Assembly: GCF_004010195.1 (NCBI RefSeq)
Contig: NC_057719.1
Coordinates: 61,610,467-61,674,466, forward strand
Source: Chiloscyllium plagiosum
Lineage: Eukaryota
Length of the DNA stretch: 64,000 nucleotides
Reading direction: 5' to 3'
Positions 37,530 through 51,825 of the stretch are shown in pieces. Below the pieces are notes generated by a model, which saw only the letters and a program-made list of their open reading frames with translations, was not told the origin of the DNA and ran no database searches. Position 1 is the stretch's first letter, and each line of letters starts with the position of its first letter. A program made the translations under genes and the position numbers.

Positions 37530-38134
37530 TAGAATATTGAACTTCATATACAGATGTAAAACAGAAGTCAAAGGAAGGTATTATGTTCTGTTCATATCTC
37601 ATTCTGCAATTACATTCAGTTAAGGTCACTGGCACAAGGAAGACATTGAAGCACCGGTGTGTCCTGAGGTTAATTCATGCAAGATAAGCTGCAGGAAAAT
37701 ATCTGGAATCTTGGAATCTTCAGTTTTGAAAGTGGATGTGTAAGAGATAATCTTATGAAGTGTATAATTCAATTGTCATTAGAGAAAAGGGCAATGCGGA
37801 AAATTCACTTCAATTGAATTGAAAGTTAAGATAAGAAAAAGTGGTTCAGGCAGATGTGAAACATATTTTGGACCAAATATTTTCTTCATGCAATGAGAGA
37901 TTTGTGCATAAAAATATTCTTGGGTATAACAGTGGGATCATTTTAGAAAGAATTGAATTCTACAAAAGCTTCCTCATTTCTATAGATCTTGTAATCATAA
38001 GATTCATGCTCCATGTTAAGTCAACCGACCCAGGATACCAGTTGGAACACTATAGCTGGGTATTACACTTAAAAGGGGAGGAGGAAATCTCTTCACTAAC
38101 CAATGACTTCTTGTGCACACTTTGTACATGTATG

Positions 38135-38665
38135 CTAGATATTTTCCAATCAGCCTTTTTTGAGAGATGTTATTACACATCAGTGGTGCAAGTGGAGCTT
38201 GAATCCTGGCCTCCTGGTCAACTGATAGGGACACCACTACTTTGTTACAACAGCAACCCTCTCCCCCTTCCTCCCCCCCCCCCCCCACCAAGTATAACAT
38301 TTATTCAGTTAACAGCTTGAAGCTCGAGTCAGTCCAATATTTGCATTACTGATGTTTTCTCAACATCATCAGCAATGTTATTACACAACTCTGGAGCAGT
38401 TCGGACTTGAATTCAAGTCTTCTGGCTCAGAGGTAGGGGCACAACACTGTACCACAAAAGCCCTCTCAAAAGCCATGTGTGGGTGGGATTAATTACAGTT
38501 ACTGTCAAAATTGTCTACCTCGGTTCACACCTGAAGCACAGATCAAAGGGTTCTTGTCACACAGTGGTAGTGTCCCTGTCTTTGAGCCAGGAAGCCCAGG
38601 TTCATGTCCCATCTGTTTCAGATATGCATAACAACATGTCTGAGCAATCTGATTTAAAAATATCC
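38135..38665. mobile_element. Three short (~120 bp) tRNA-like SINE copies (38135-38250 -, 38350-38465 -, 38545-38665 +); another at 26248-26358 +
   Basis: Shared GTGGTAGTGTCCCT...GGTTCAAGTCC...TGTAATAACATCTCTGAA...GATTAGAAAATAT consensus with A/B-box-like motifs. Confidence 0.55.
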
Positions 38666-39169
38666 AGATCGAAACTCTATCTCAACAAGGATCATGGTAT
38701 AGGAAAAGCCAGACAAAATCAGTTTGAGACTTAGCATTCTTACTTCTTATAGACATTAAATTTGATAGAATACAGTCTGTGAGGCTTCTCTTCTAACATT
38801 AATGTATATGTTTGGAGGATATCATGAAAAACCCACTGAAGTGCACCTCACAAAATTACTACATGCATTCCCCAGTCAGAAGCTCTAAATGAATGCACAA
38901 TGTAGCAACTGAAATAAATGTATCTCTTACAGACCAACTAATTTGTTTGAATTCTTAGCTCTGCAATCTTAGAAACAGTATCCTTTTGAATTAGACCTCA
39001 AGACAGAAGTGAAAAAAGTAAGCAAGGGAAAAGGCATGCCTTGCTGTGTCTGTGTGTATGTATTTGTATTCGTGTGTCGTGAACAGGTGGGAGTAAATGA
39101 AACTCTGTGATTAAAATAACTGTGGCCTGCAGCTAAGTCTGGAGGGTAAGAAGGAAATTCAAATTAGCA

Positions 39170-41632
39170 AACATTTTGAGAGCCCTGATGAGGAAAATGC
39201 ATTTGATGTGGTCTACATGGTATTTATCAATGTTTTTGACAAGGTCTTTCATGGCAGGCTGGTCAAGAAGGTAAACAGCCCATGGGTTCCAAGCTAAAGT
39301 GATATGTTACTGTGCCTGGAAGTCTGTTTCCAGTGGGTTTCAGAAGGCTGTGTAATGAGGCAGACTTGATTAGGAAGCTTAATGTGAATGAACCCTAGGG
39401 GTCAGTGACCATAATATGATAGAATTTGCCATGCAGCTGAGAGGGAGACACTGGAATCAGATGTAACTGTCTTCCTAATGAGTGAAGGTAACTACAAAGA
39501 CATGAAGGAGGAGCCAGCCAGTGTTGCTTGAAAGGAGACGCTAGCAGGGAATACAATGGAACAGCAATGGTAGGAGTTTTTGGGGGTAATTCAGAAGGCA
39601 CAGCAGAAATTCATTGAGGGAACCATGGCTGACAAGGTAAGTCAGAGATAAAACAAAAGCAAAAGATAAAGCATACAATGTGGTGAATATTAGTGGGAAG
39701 CCAAAAGATTAAAAATCCTTTAAAAAGTAGCAGAGGATAATTAAAAAAGCAATAAGGGGGGAGAAGGTGAAATATGAGAGACAGTTTCCACCCTCCTACT
39801 TGCCACCTCCTGATGCTGCCTGGTTTGCTGTGTTCTTCCAGCCTCCTGCTTGTCTACAGTGGATTCCGGTATCTGCAGTGTTTTTTGTCTCTAACTAGAT
39901 TTGTACCACTGCAAAGTCTCTTTAAAGGATGCCCACTTTGAAGAAGTTCTCTGCCTCCCTCAGACTTGACTGCAACTCCCTTTACATCTACCCCCAGTCC
40001 TATAGACTTCTCCACCTCCTGATGCTGCCTGGCTTGTTATGCTCTTCCAGCTTCCTGCTTGACCAAAGTAATATAAAGGAAAATTGCAAGAATTTCTTTA
40101 GATATGTAAGAGGTAAGCGAGCGGTAAGAGTAACATTGGATTGCTGAAAATGACACTGGAGAAATAGTAAAGGGAACAAAGAAATGGCAGAGGACCTGAA
40201 TAAGTACTTTGTATGAGTTTTTACAGTGGAAGACATCAGCAGCATACCAGAACTTCAAGAGACTCAAGAGCAGAGATGGGTATAGTGACTGCGACTCAGA
40301 TAAAGATAAAAGGTCTGTAAGTGGATAAATCACCCAGACCAGATGGACTACACCCCAGAGTTCTAAAGGACATAGCTGAGAGATTATGGAGGCATTGGTG
40401 GTGATCTTCCAGGAATTGCTCGAGTTAGGGATGATCTCAGAGGACTGGAAACTGGCTAGTGCAACACTCTCGTTAAGAAGAGAGGAAGGCAGAACTCAGG
40501 AAATTATAGGTTGGTCAGCCTGACCTCAGTTGTTGGCAAGACTTTAGAGTCCTTTATTAAGGATGAGTTTGCAGAGTATTTGGAAGTGCATGGTAAAATA
40601 AGAATGAGTCAGCATGACTTTATCAAAGGGAGATTATGCCTGACAAATCTGTTAGAATTCTTTGAGGAGGTAATGAGCGAGTTAAACATGGATAGTCAGT
40701 GGAAATGATCTATTTGGATCTCCAGAAGTGCCACACAGGAAACTCCAAATAAGACAATAATCAACTGTGTTAGGGGCAAGGTGCTGGTGTAGATAGAGGA
40801 TTGGAAGAAGGCAGAGAGTGGGGATAAAGTTGTCTTTTTCAAGATGGCAGCCAGTGACTAGTGGAGTTCTGCAGGGTTCATGCTGAGACCACAATTATTG
40901 ACATTATACAAGTTAATGATCTGCATGATGGAACTGAGGGCACTGTTGCTAAGTTTGCAAATGACATAAAGATAGGTGGAGGGGCAGGTATTGTTGAGAA
41001 AGTGGAGAGACTGCAGAAGGACATGGACAGACTGGGAGAGTGGGCGAAGAAGTCACAAATGGAAAACAATGTGGTTAAGTGTGAAGTTATTCACTTCAGT
41101 CAGATGAATAGAGGTGTAGGCGGAGGTGAGTACTGCAGATGCTGGAGATTAGAGTCAAGATTAGAGTGGTGCTGGAAAAGCACAGCAGGTCAGGCAGCAT
41201 CCAAGGAGCAGGAAAATCGACGTTTTGGGCAAAAGCCCTTCATCAGGAATTCCTGATCCTCGGATGCTGCCTGACCTGCTGTGCTTTTCCAGCACCATTC
41301 TAATCTCGAATAGAGGTGTAGACTATTTTCTAACTGGGGAATGTCTTCGGAAATCTGAAGCACAAAGGACTTGGGAATCCCAGTCCAGAATTCTCTTAAA
41401 GTTAACATATAGGTTCAGTTGGTACTTAGGAAGACAAAGCAATATTATTATTCATTTCAAGAGAGCTGGAAAACAAGAGTAGGGATGTACTGCTGAGGCT
41501 GTATAAAAAGGTTTTCAGTAAGGCTGTAAGGTTGCATTAGAAATATTGTGAGCAGTTTTGGGGCCCCATATCAAAGGAAGGATGTGCTGGCATTGGAAGG
41601 GGTTCCAGAGGAAGTTTACAAGAATGACCCTG
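39170..41632 (+). mobile_element. Decayed CR1 ORF2 with nested Penelope fragments (39785-40062; 41120-41307)
   Basis: VSLTSVVGKTLESFIKD...QHDFIKGRLCLTNLLEFFEEV; KFANDIKIGG...LQKDMDRLGEWAK. Confidence 0.85.
41120..41307. mobile_element. Fold-back Penelope terminus with intact hammerhead motif, 14-bp TSD
   Basis: Minus strand CCTGATGAAGGGCTTTTGCCCAAAACGTC (41247-41219); TSD GAATAGAGGTGTAG at 41106-41119 and 41308-41321. Confidence 0.8.
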
Positions 41633-41890
41633 AAAATCCATCCTCCACTACCACCCACTGTCTTCTACATTCCAGCCAGTTCCAAATGGCTAGTTGTCCC
41701 TGTATTCCATGCGACTTAATCTTGCTAACGGGTCTACTATGAGGAACCTTGTTGAATGCCTTATTGAAGACCATTTAGATCACGTCCACCACTCTGCCCT
41801 CATCAATACTCTTTGTTACTTTTTCAAAAAACTCAATTAAGTAAGTGAGACATGATTTCCCCCACACAGACTCATGTTGACTATCTCTAA

Positions 41891-42424
41891 TGCTTTTTAG
41901 TCTGGAGGTTTTAAAACAGACAAACATTTATTCACAAAATTTACAGAATGAAACACATAGAACAAAATATAGAATACCCACAGAACACAGTCTATCCAAA
42001 CTAGAATTAATTATGCTGTTCCAAAATACGCAACAGTCCCAATAAACAAAACCTTTAAATGTCGCGTAAAACTGAAATAGATGCTTATAGGTCAAAGTTC
42101 GAAGAGCAGGAGGAGAGAGAGTTCAGTAACCTGTTTCACACACACAGCTCCTGCTGCACTGAACTGATTAACAACACGAATTCAGCTTCCAGGACTGACC
42201 ACTCCCCTTTCATTATACAGGTTACTTCTAAAACATGAAAGCTGTGGCCTAAAGTCTCATCTGTTTACTTATAAACAAAAAGGCATCCCAATACCCTTTT
42301 CATCTCTGTACCAAGCCAGCCAATTCGGAGCCCGGACTATTTTATGACTCCTCTGAAAAATATCAAGGACATAGTATCCTTGGGAAAAGGAATACTTTTA
42401 GAAAAAAGGCCCAGCTTTGTGGCA
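41891..42424 (-). mobile_element. Probable solo LTR between CR1 fragments
   Basis: Non-CR1 ~530-bp block; minus strand starts TG(CCACAAAGCTGG), has TATAATG and AATAAA near the distal end. No clean TSD. Confidence 0.4.
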
Positions 42425-42429
42425 TAATT

Positions 42430-44545
42430 AAATTTGCAGATGACACCAAAAGTAGAGGTGTAGCAGGCAACAAAGAAGGTTACTCAGAGTACAACGGGAC
42501 CATGATCAGATGGGCCAATGGGCTGAGGAGTAGCAGGAGTTTAATTTAGATAAATGCAAGGTGTTGCATTTTGGAAAAGTAAATCAGAGCAGGACTTATA
42601 TTCTTATTGGTAACCTTGAAGTGCAGGTTCATTGTTCCTTGAAAGTGGCGTCTCAGGTAGATAGAATAGTGACATTTAGTATGCTTTCCTTTATTGGCCA
42701 GAGCATTGAGTATATGAGTTTGGAGGCCATGTTGCAGCTGTACAGGACATTGGATAGGCCACTTTTGGAATATTGCATGCAATTCCGCTCTCCTTCCTAT
42801 AGGAAGGATGTTGCGAAACTTGAAAGGGTTCAGAAAAGATTTACAAGGATGTTGCCAAAGTTGGTGGATTTGAGCAATAGGGAGAGGTTAAATAGACTGG
42901 GCTGTTTTCCCTGGAGTATCGGAGGCTGAAGGGTGACCTTATAGTGATTTATGAAATCATGAGTGGCATGGATAGCGTAAAGAGACATGTTCTTTTCCCT
43001 GAGTTGGGGGGAGTCCAGAACTAGAGGGCATAAGTTTAGGATGAGAAGGGAAAGATTTTGAAGGGACCTAAGGGGTAAATTTTTCACACAAAGAATGGCA
43101 CGTGTATGGAATGAGTTGCCAGAGAAAGTGGTGGAGGCTGGTACAATTACAACATTTAAAAGACATCTGGATGGGTACAGGAAGGGTTTAGAGGGATATG
43201 GGCCAAATGCTGGCAAATGAGAATAGATTTATTTAAGATGTCCGGTCGGCATGGATGAGTTGGACCAAAGGGTCTGTTTCGTGGCTGTATATCTCTATGA
43301 CTCTATGACTCTAAATGAGGGGCCTGTCATATGAGGAATGGTTGAGGACTTTGGATCTCTGGAAATTTACAGAATACTGAGAGGCCTGGATAGAGTGGAT
43401 TTGGAGAAGATGTCTCTATTGGTAGGAGAGACAAGGACCTGTGGGCACTGCCGCAGAGCGAAGGGATGACCCTTTAGAACTAAGATGAGAAGGAATTTTT
43501 TCAGTCAGTGCATGGTAAATCTGCGGAAGTCATTGCTGCAGAGAGCTATGGAGGCAAAGTAATTGAGTGCATTTAAAACAGAGATAGACAGATTCCTGAT
43601 TGGTAAAGGGATAAAGGGTAATGTAGAGAAGGCAAGTGAATGGGGTTGAGAAACATAATTGTTGTGATCAAATGGCGGAGCAGACTCAATGTGCTCAATG
43701 GCCTAATTCTGCTTCGATGTCTTATAGTCTTATGGCTGAGTGTTGGGACCCTTATTGCTTTTAGTGTTAATTGTGATTTGAACTTCAAATATAGAAAATA
43801 TGATCAAGCACTTCGTGGATGACACGATAATTGATAGTATGGGAAATAATGAAAATAGCACTAAAGTGCAAGAGGACATCGACAGACCGGTCAACTGGTA
43901 ACAACAGTGGTAAATGGAATTCAACATAGAAAAGGATGAGGTTGTAGAGACCTAACAAGGGAAGGGATTACACAATAAATGGTAGGACCTTCACAAGTAC
44001 TGAGATCAGAAGAAACTTGGCATGCATATCCACAGAAAGCTGAAAGTAACAGGGCAAGTTGATAAGGTATTAAGATATTAAGAAGACATATGGGACACTG
44101 GTCTTTATTAGTTGAGGCATTGAATGCAAGATCAAGGAAATTGTGCTGAAACTGTATAAAATGCTAGCTAATCCACATGTGGAGTATTGCATGCAGTCAT
44201 GGTCACCACATTATAGGAAGAATGCAATTGCACTAGAGACAGTGCAGTGGGAATTTATCAGCACACTGCATGGACTGTAGGGTCTAAACTATGAGAAAGT
44301 ATTAGATAGATTGCAGGTATTTTCCTTGGAGCAGTGAAAGTTAAGAGGGGACTTTACTGAGGTGTATAAGACTATGAGGATAAGGGGTTAGGAAGGCACA
44401 TTTTCCAATAGTGGAGACGCCAATAACCAGAAAGCATAGATTTTGGCTATGGATCAAAAGCTGGAAAATGGATTAGTACAGTGAGATCGTAGGTGGCTAG
44501 CACAGATAATAGACTGAATGGCCTCCTTCTATGCTCTATAAGTTT
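42430..44545 (+). mobile_element. Three consecutive CR1 3' fragments (42430-43313, 43315-43735, 43740-44545)
   Basis: KFADDTK; LQLYRTLDRPLLEYCMQFRSPSYRKDVAKLERVQKRFTRMLP; (CTCTATGA)n tail at 43293-43313. Confidence 0.85.
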
Positions 44546-47384
44546 CTCAGTCCATAAGAATAATTGATTTTTTAGAGCAGGCTCCCATTAGAAATCCACT
44601 CCAAGTGAATCCTTAACGTTTCAATGCATTAGTGCCAGATAAGTGTGCTTCAGAGGTTTTCAAAGAACTTCCTTTTACTGGCATCCTGAGCACTTAATCA
44701 CATGATTTTGAATCCATTTTCAAACTAGCCTGTAATTTATTTTCCTTGAGCTAAGTCTGGAGTTACTTTTAATCTCACATGTTTCAAGATTCCTTAAAAG
44801 TTTTGTATAAGTTGTTTCCAATTGTTTACTTGAAATCTGCATTTAAATTTCACATCATGTATTTGATGTACATGCTTGTGATGAGCAGTGGGCATTTTAA
44901 TCATGTTTGCTTCCACTGTCCTGCAAAACTTGGCAAAGAACAGTGGATGAAGAGAAGAAACATATTTCAGATTCACAGAGAAGTATTGAAAATCATGGAG
45001 TAGGATCTTATAGGGGTCTGAATGACGTGGTCTGTAGTGAGACTTACAACAGAATCGCACAAGATGTTCAGCTAGGCCTATCTCGAAGTCAGGAGCATCT
45101 CATTCATCTTTGCCAAGCAATGTGATTAGTTTCTCACTAGGTAGTGGAGAGTTGATAATTAAGGGGGATTATTTCCTGTTAGTAGCCCAATTTGCCTCGT
45201 TAATATTTCGCTTTCTATCTCACCAAACATGCCAGACAAGCTAGACAGTGAGAGCATTTGACATGGGAAAACAGAGCAGCTAAGCGGAGAATTCAGCTCA
45301 CCGCCTACTCCATGCTGTGTGGAACCAAACAGAATCTCAGGGCATGATTAACAGGCATCAGTAACCGTTGACATCCAGCATCTGCCAACCCCTCACAGCC
45401 ATAATGGCACCACTCTGTTCTACTTCAGGCTGTTTAGGAAGCAATACCTGCATTGGAGGGTGTACCAGCAACTCATATTGACAGGCTGTGCAGGGATACT
45501 TTGCACACAAAGGCATGCACCCAGTTCACACATTAGAACAGGTTGTATCTCAGGGCTGTTTGCTTGCTCTCTTAGTCTTTGCACACTTAGTTCCTAACTG
45601 TTTGCTTACAGGATCCTTGTCTTGCCTTGCCTGCTCGTGCATTCAGCCAGAGCCAAAGGCTATCAGTACTGCTATGTTGACAAGCTCTTTTATGCTGACA
45701 CACTGATTAGCTACTTGCTATGTTTGACAGGGTGGACTTTTTCATGTATGGATACCCTGAGACTTCAATCTAAAACTGACAGCTGCTCGTGCAGCAAGCA
45801 CACTGCACAGTCTAATCAAGAGGATGGCTGGTCTCCATGTGGGGGTCCCAGTATGGTCAGTCACAGGCACAGACCGCTCTCGATCTAGAGGCTTGGCATT
45901 GTTTAGTTGCCTTGTTGGGATGCTCACGGTCAGAAAATCAGTCTGTCTACAATGCAGGGATGGGGCAGCATTCAGTCCTGCAGGAATACAAATATGGGGA
46001 TCTACCTGTTGATTGATCATTAGAGTGCATGGGTAAACTGTAGAGCAACAGAGGGATCACTGCAAAAAGGGATAGGGAAGACAAGGCTGGTGCGGAGGGA
46101 GGGGAAAGCAGAGGCATTTGCAGAGGTGGGGACTAGGACAGTGATGGAGGACAATTTCCAGGTATGTGAAGGTTATGCAAAATTGGAGGGCATGATCAGC
46201 TAAGGAAGAGGTATTAGTGGCAGTGACCACGACCTCCCTACAGGGAGAACATAGAGGAGCAGGACAGGCTTTGTTAAGTTGTAATGATGGGATCCTTGAA
46301 GCAGGGAGGACAATTGTAGAAGTTCAATATGGTGTCCACATGGGGGTATGAGTTGTTGGGATAGTTCGAGACAAAAAGGGACATAGTGGCTCTGTGGGGA
46401 TCCTGGTGATGCAGATGCAGAGGGTGTTCACTGTGAGCTGTGTTCCCTGCCATCACTCACCATTTTCTAGATGTGAGGTGCTTTGGGAAATTGGCTGGGA
46501 CAATGCCCAGGGTGAATGGAGACAGTGTCAGATTGATGGGCAGAAGTTGAAGTTCCCCATCTGCTGCACACCAGGACATTGAAGGAACAAATATCTAAAA
46601 CAGCTGTTTAAAAAATGCAGCTACATTTAATTTTACATTTCATTGCCTATTTCCTGTGCATGCAGAGTGAAGCTACTAAGGTGTCAAAGGCAATTTGCAC
46701 CACGCTCTTGATACTTGCAAATTGAAAATTAACGTCTCAATAATGGTGAAGTTAGCAGTAATGACGTTAAGTATGACCGGTGCTGGCCAAATGTGAACCA
46801 TTATTCGTGCAACTTTGAAGAGTGCCCTGGGAGGTGGAGACCATCACTTCATCATCTGTCATGTAGGTTTAATGATGGTCTGTACTGAATGCAGAGAGAA
46901 GTTGACTGGGAGGGGAAGGGTTGTGGAATGCTGAAGGCTCCTCCTTTTGCTGGAATATGTTGGTCACTTAACTGGCGTGGCCCCTAAATCAGGTTGGTGC
47001 TGAATGAATGATATAGACATGGTCCTGGTTATTGGGATGCAATGGGTGACACTGTCTGGAGGAGTGTGTTCAGCCCTTGGCTGCAGATTTTGCCAACAAA
47101 GACTCTTCGAACACCTAAAAACCACTTTCACTCCTTGTGTTCCCAATGTAAGTCATTTCATTCGAGCGTCCGGTGCCCTGCTACTGATGGGATGTTGGTT
47201 ATTGTGGCTGTCTTCTTTAGAAGGTGACAGCAGATGGAGGTGGAGCAAAGCCGACGGCAAACCCAGGGCCAGCATCAGATCATTGTGGAGATTGAAGAGG
47301 ACCCAGCTCAGGGAGAGGGTGCTGCTGCAGGCCCTTCAGAATGTATGGTATGGGGGAGACAACCCCCCCTCCTCCCCCCCCAAC

Positions 47385-49270
47385 TCCAGTGATTCCTTAA
47401 AGATCACCAATGTCTACACAATATCCTTAGCCATGTCGTTCAGAATCCTGGCAAGTAGCCCAACCAGTCTGGGTAATTTACTTAACTTTCAAGCTTTCAG
47501 ACTCCCAAATATCTTCTCCTTAGTCATGACCATTACATTTGCTTCTGCCCCTGGGCTCTCTTGAAGTTTTGGTCTGTGGTCGATGTCTTCCACCAAGAAT
47601 ACTGATGCAAAGTATCTTTACAGTTCCTCTGCATTTCCTTGTTAATACTTCTCCAGACTCATTTCCCAGTGGTCCAATGTCCATCCTTGCCTATTTTAAA
47701 CATCTATAAAAACTGTTGCAATCTTCTTTTATATAATGAAATAGCTTACTCTTATATTCATCTTCTCCCCACTTCTGCCTTTCTAGTTGTTCTCTATTGG
47801 TTTTTAAAGGCTTCCCAATCTTCTTGTTTCCTACTAATCTTGACCACATTTTATGCTTTTTCTTTTGTTTTTATGCTGTCCCTGACTTCCCTTATCAGTC
47901 ATGGTTGCCCCCCTTCTTCCTTGGGGTGAATTTCTATTGTATCTTCTAAATTACACCCAGAAACACCTGCCATAGATGCTCTACTGCCTTCCCTGCTCGG
48001 CTTCTTTACCAATCAACTCTGGCCAGCTCCTCTCTCTTGCCTTTGTCATTATCTTCACTCAATTGTAATACCATCACACCTGATTCTAGATTCTCCCTCT
48101 CAAACTGCAGGGTGAATTCTATCATATAGTGATCACTGCCCCCTAGCGGTTCCTTCATGTTAAGCTTCCTCATCAAATCTCCCTCAGTACTCATCACTAA
48201 ATTCAGAATTGCTTGTTTTCTAGTCAGCTCTACCACAAGCTGCTCGAAAAAAATCTTGTCGACATTCCATGAATTTCTTTTCTTGGGATCTGCTACAAAC
48301 CTGATTTTCCAAGTCCATCTACATACTGAAGTGCTTCATGATTATTGTAGTAGTGCTTTTCTTACATTCCTTTCCTATATCCTGGTTTATTTTCTTCCCC
48401 ACATTCTGACTACTCTTAGGAAACCTGTACTTAACTCCTAACAGGGTATTTTATCCTTTGCAGTTCCTCAACTCTGCCCACATAGATTCTACACCTTTCA
48501 ACCTTTTATTATTTCTTGCCATTGATATAATTTCATTTCTTACTAACAAGGCAATTTCATCCCTCTGCCCATCTGTCTGTGTTTTTTTGATAGGACTCAT
48601 ATCCTTGAATGTTTAGTTCTTAGCCCTGATCCCCTTGCAGCCACTTCTCTGTGATACCCACAACATCGTACCAGTCAATTTCAATCTGTGTGACAAGCTC
48701 ATTGACTTTGTTTTATAGACACCCTTAGGCCTGTATTGACTGCCCTCCCTTCTCATAGTTGTCCCCTTTTTTGGTGTGCCTGTAGTTAGATTTCTGACCC
48801 TTTCCAGATTCCTTGTCCTATTATCTGTTCTGCAAACTTTAATAACCTCTACTGAGCCTTTCCCGACCTTTAACTAGAGTAAAGACTACCCCTTTTATTA
48901 TTTCTGTGAGAATCTGGGCCCCAGATGAGTTCAAATGGAGCCCATCCCAATGGTATAGTTCTCTCCTGTCTCAATACTGATGTCAGTGCCCCAAGAAATG
49001 GAACCTCACATTCCCACACCACTCCTTTAGCCATGTGTTTACTTCCATAACTTTCTTATCTCTTTGCTAATTTGCATGTGGTTTGGGTAATAATCCAGAG
49101 ATTACCACTTTAGAGATCCTTTTATTAAATTTTGTCCTTAATCCCTGAAATTCCCGAAACAGGACCTCTTGCCTACTTGTGTCTGTTGTTGGTATTAACA
49201 CAGACCATGACAATTGGCTCCTCCCCCGTCTTCTCCAGTATCCTTTCAAGCCAACTCGAGATGTCCTTCA
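47385..49270 (-). mobile_element. Decayed CR1 5' region (ORF1 end and endonuclease)
   Basis: TRKQAILNLVMS...EPLGGSDHYMIEF (APE SDH motif); SKVVISGLLPKPHAN (esterase-like ORF1). Confidence 0.8.
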
Positions 49271-50484
49271 CCATGGTATCTTAGTGGTTGGATTAACAGC
49301 CGGGAGGCAGAAATTTAAGTTAAAGGGTCGAAGATTTAAAGGAAATTTTGAGGTTTTTCACCCAGAGGATGGAGATGTATCTGGAGTGCCTGAAATGGTG
49401 GTAGACATGGGAACCTTCACAACATTTAGACGAACACATGAAATGCCATAGTGCACACTTTACAGGACAAATGTTGGAAAATGGGATAAGAACTGTTGGG
49501 AGTTTTATGATCAGCGCAGACACAATGAACTGAAGGGTCTCTTTCCGTGCTATAAAACTCGATGACTCTAAAATCAAGTCTCATTTGATTTTAGGATTTA
49601 TCTATGGTTTACTACTAAAATTGTTCATTATTTTCTCAGTCAGTGATACATAAATTTCCAAAAGAAATGGCAACTACAATTAATTAATTGGATATCTAAT
49701 TAGATCTGGTTTCTCTTGCCAACAGTGCTGACTCATCGCTATTCAATTTCAGCTGGTATAAATAGGCACGAAGCATGAAGTAAGTACGAAGATAGCAGCT
49801 TCTTGCTTAGTGCAAGTCAAGACAGAATATGAGCTTGGGAACTGTATGATTCATCTGGCAAGGGCAATGTTATCTGGACACTTAGTTCCAATTGACAGTC
49901 TCACCCATTAGGCTAGGTCTTTGAAGTTTGTCAGGGGAGTGTAACTATGAGGAAAGTAGGTATGGGAATCCAGAGGTAGCAATGGAGGGGCTTCAGACCT
50001 TGCAATTCTCTAACAGGTTTGAGCTTTTTGCAGCTTTGTGAGAACAAGAGTAGGAAACGTAGGAAGGATGAGTAGACTGATGATGGCATGATGCAAGTGC
50101 TGGATGAGCTAAAAGAAATGTAATTTTCAAAGATTACAGTATAGTTAGTGAGATAGATAGATACGTTCTCTGTAGCCAAAGTTGTTTTATCTGCCCCATG
50201 TCAGGATTAAGGGCATCCCTGCAAGGTAGGATCGAACTTGGAGTGGGAATGGAAGTATCCATGGGAAATGGGGTTAGAAGAGTTAGATGGTTGATGACCA
50301 GACATAATGGGCCAAAGGGCCACTTTCTGTGCTGTAAAACTCTGATACTCAATCTAAAGTCTAGTCGAAGTGGTTTTTAACATTTGTCTATAATTTTGTT
50401 CAAGTTAAGTGTTTTATTTTCAGTCAAAGCCAAAGAGAAATAAACTCATGACAGGAGAATCAACTCCCATTAGCGAAGATGCTA

Positions 50485-51825
50485 AGAAATAGGAACAGGA
50501 GTAGGCCATTCAGCCCTTCCAGCTCTGCCATTCAATAGGATGGTGGCTGATGCAATATTCCTCACATCCACTTTCCTGTGTTTTCCAATAACCCTCAATT
50601 CCCTGACTGATCAAGAATCTGCCTCTGCCTTCAACATACACAAGGACTCTGACGCCACAGCTCTCCGTGGCAAAGAGCTCCAAAGACTCTCGACCCTCTG
50701 AGGCAAAAACTTCTTCCTCATTTGGTGCCTCTTTGTTCTGAGACAATGCCATCTGGTCCTAGATGTTCCCATGAGGGCGACACACTCTCAGTGCTTACCT
50801 AGGCGAAAGTAAGGACTGCAGATGCTGGAGATTGAGTCAAGAGTGTGGTACTGGAAAAGCACAGTTGTTCAGGCAGCATCTGAGGACCAGGAGAATCAAT
50901 GTTTCATCAAGCTCCTTAAAAATCCAAAACATTTCAATGAGATCATCTCTCATTCTTCTACACTCCAGTATGTACAGTGCCAACCTGTTTAGTATTTGCT
51001 CAGAAGACAATCCCTCCATACAAGGGATCTTCTTAGTGAATCTTGTCTGAACCACCTCCAATGAGATTATATTTTTCCATGAATGAAGAGACCAAAACAG
51101 CTCACAGTACACCAGTACCTTGCATAGTAGTAGTAGTATGACTCCCCTACTCTTATACTCCGAGCCCTCTGAAATATTCCATTAGCCACCTTGATTGATT
51201 CCATTAGCCTTCCATCAGTCACTTGCTGCACTTTTGTGCTAGCTTTCTGTGTTTTGTGCACAAGTCCATTTGGGTTGCAACTTTCTGTAGTTTTTCTTCA
51301 TTTCAAAATACTTTGTCCTATGGTTTTCCCTTCCAAAATGAACAACTCCAAACTATCTTCCGTTTGCCAACTTTTCACCCACTGACTTAATCTATCAATA
51401 TCTCTCTGTAAATTGTTTGCATCCCTTTGTAGCCTGCTATTCCAATAACTTTAGTCATTTGCAAATTTGGCTACAGTACATTCACTTGCTTTCTCTGTTA
51501 ATTAATATATATGAATATGCATTGTAAACAGTTGTAGTCCATGACTGAACCATATGGAATTCCATTTGTCACAGATCACCAACTGAAAAAGAATCTCTTA
51601 TCCCCACTCACTGTTTCCTGTTCATTAGCTAATTCTCTATCCATGCCAATATACTACCTATAACAGCGTGGGCTCTTAACTTATGAGTTATTTTTGTGAA
51701 GTGTCTTTCTGAACTCCTTATGGAAGTACTCTCTAGCCATTCTGGTTGAGAGTTTTTTGAAAAGTTCTAATAAATTATTAAGACACAATTTCCCCTTCAT
51801 GAAGCCATGCTGACTCTGCTTGATT
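50485..51825 (-). mobile_element. Decayed CR1 with a Penelope stub at ~50800-50910
   Basis: LEVVQTRFTKKIPCMEGLSSEQILNRLALYILECRRMRDDLIEMF. Confidence 0.75.

Noticed and set aside
37841..38320. 159-aa ORF with polyproline
   Set aside because: It runs through a SINE and a poly-C tract; a chance ORF.
47004..47564. 186-aa ORF
   Set aside because: It spans a junction into antisense CR1 sequence and has no recognisable domain.
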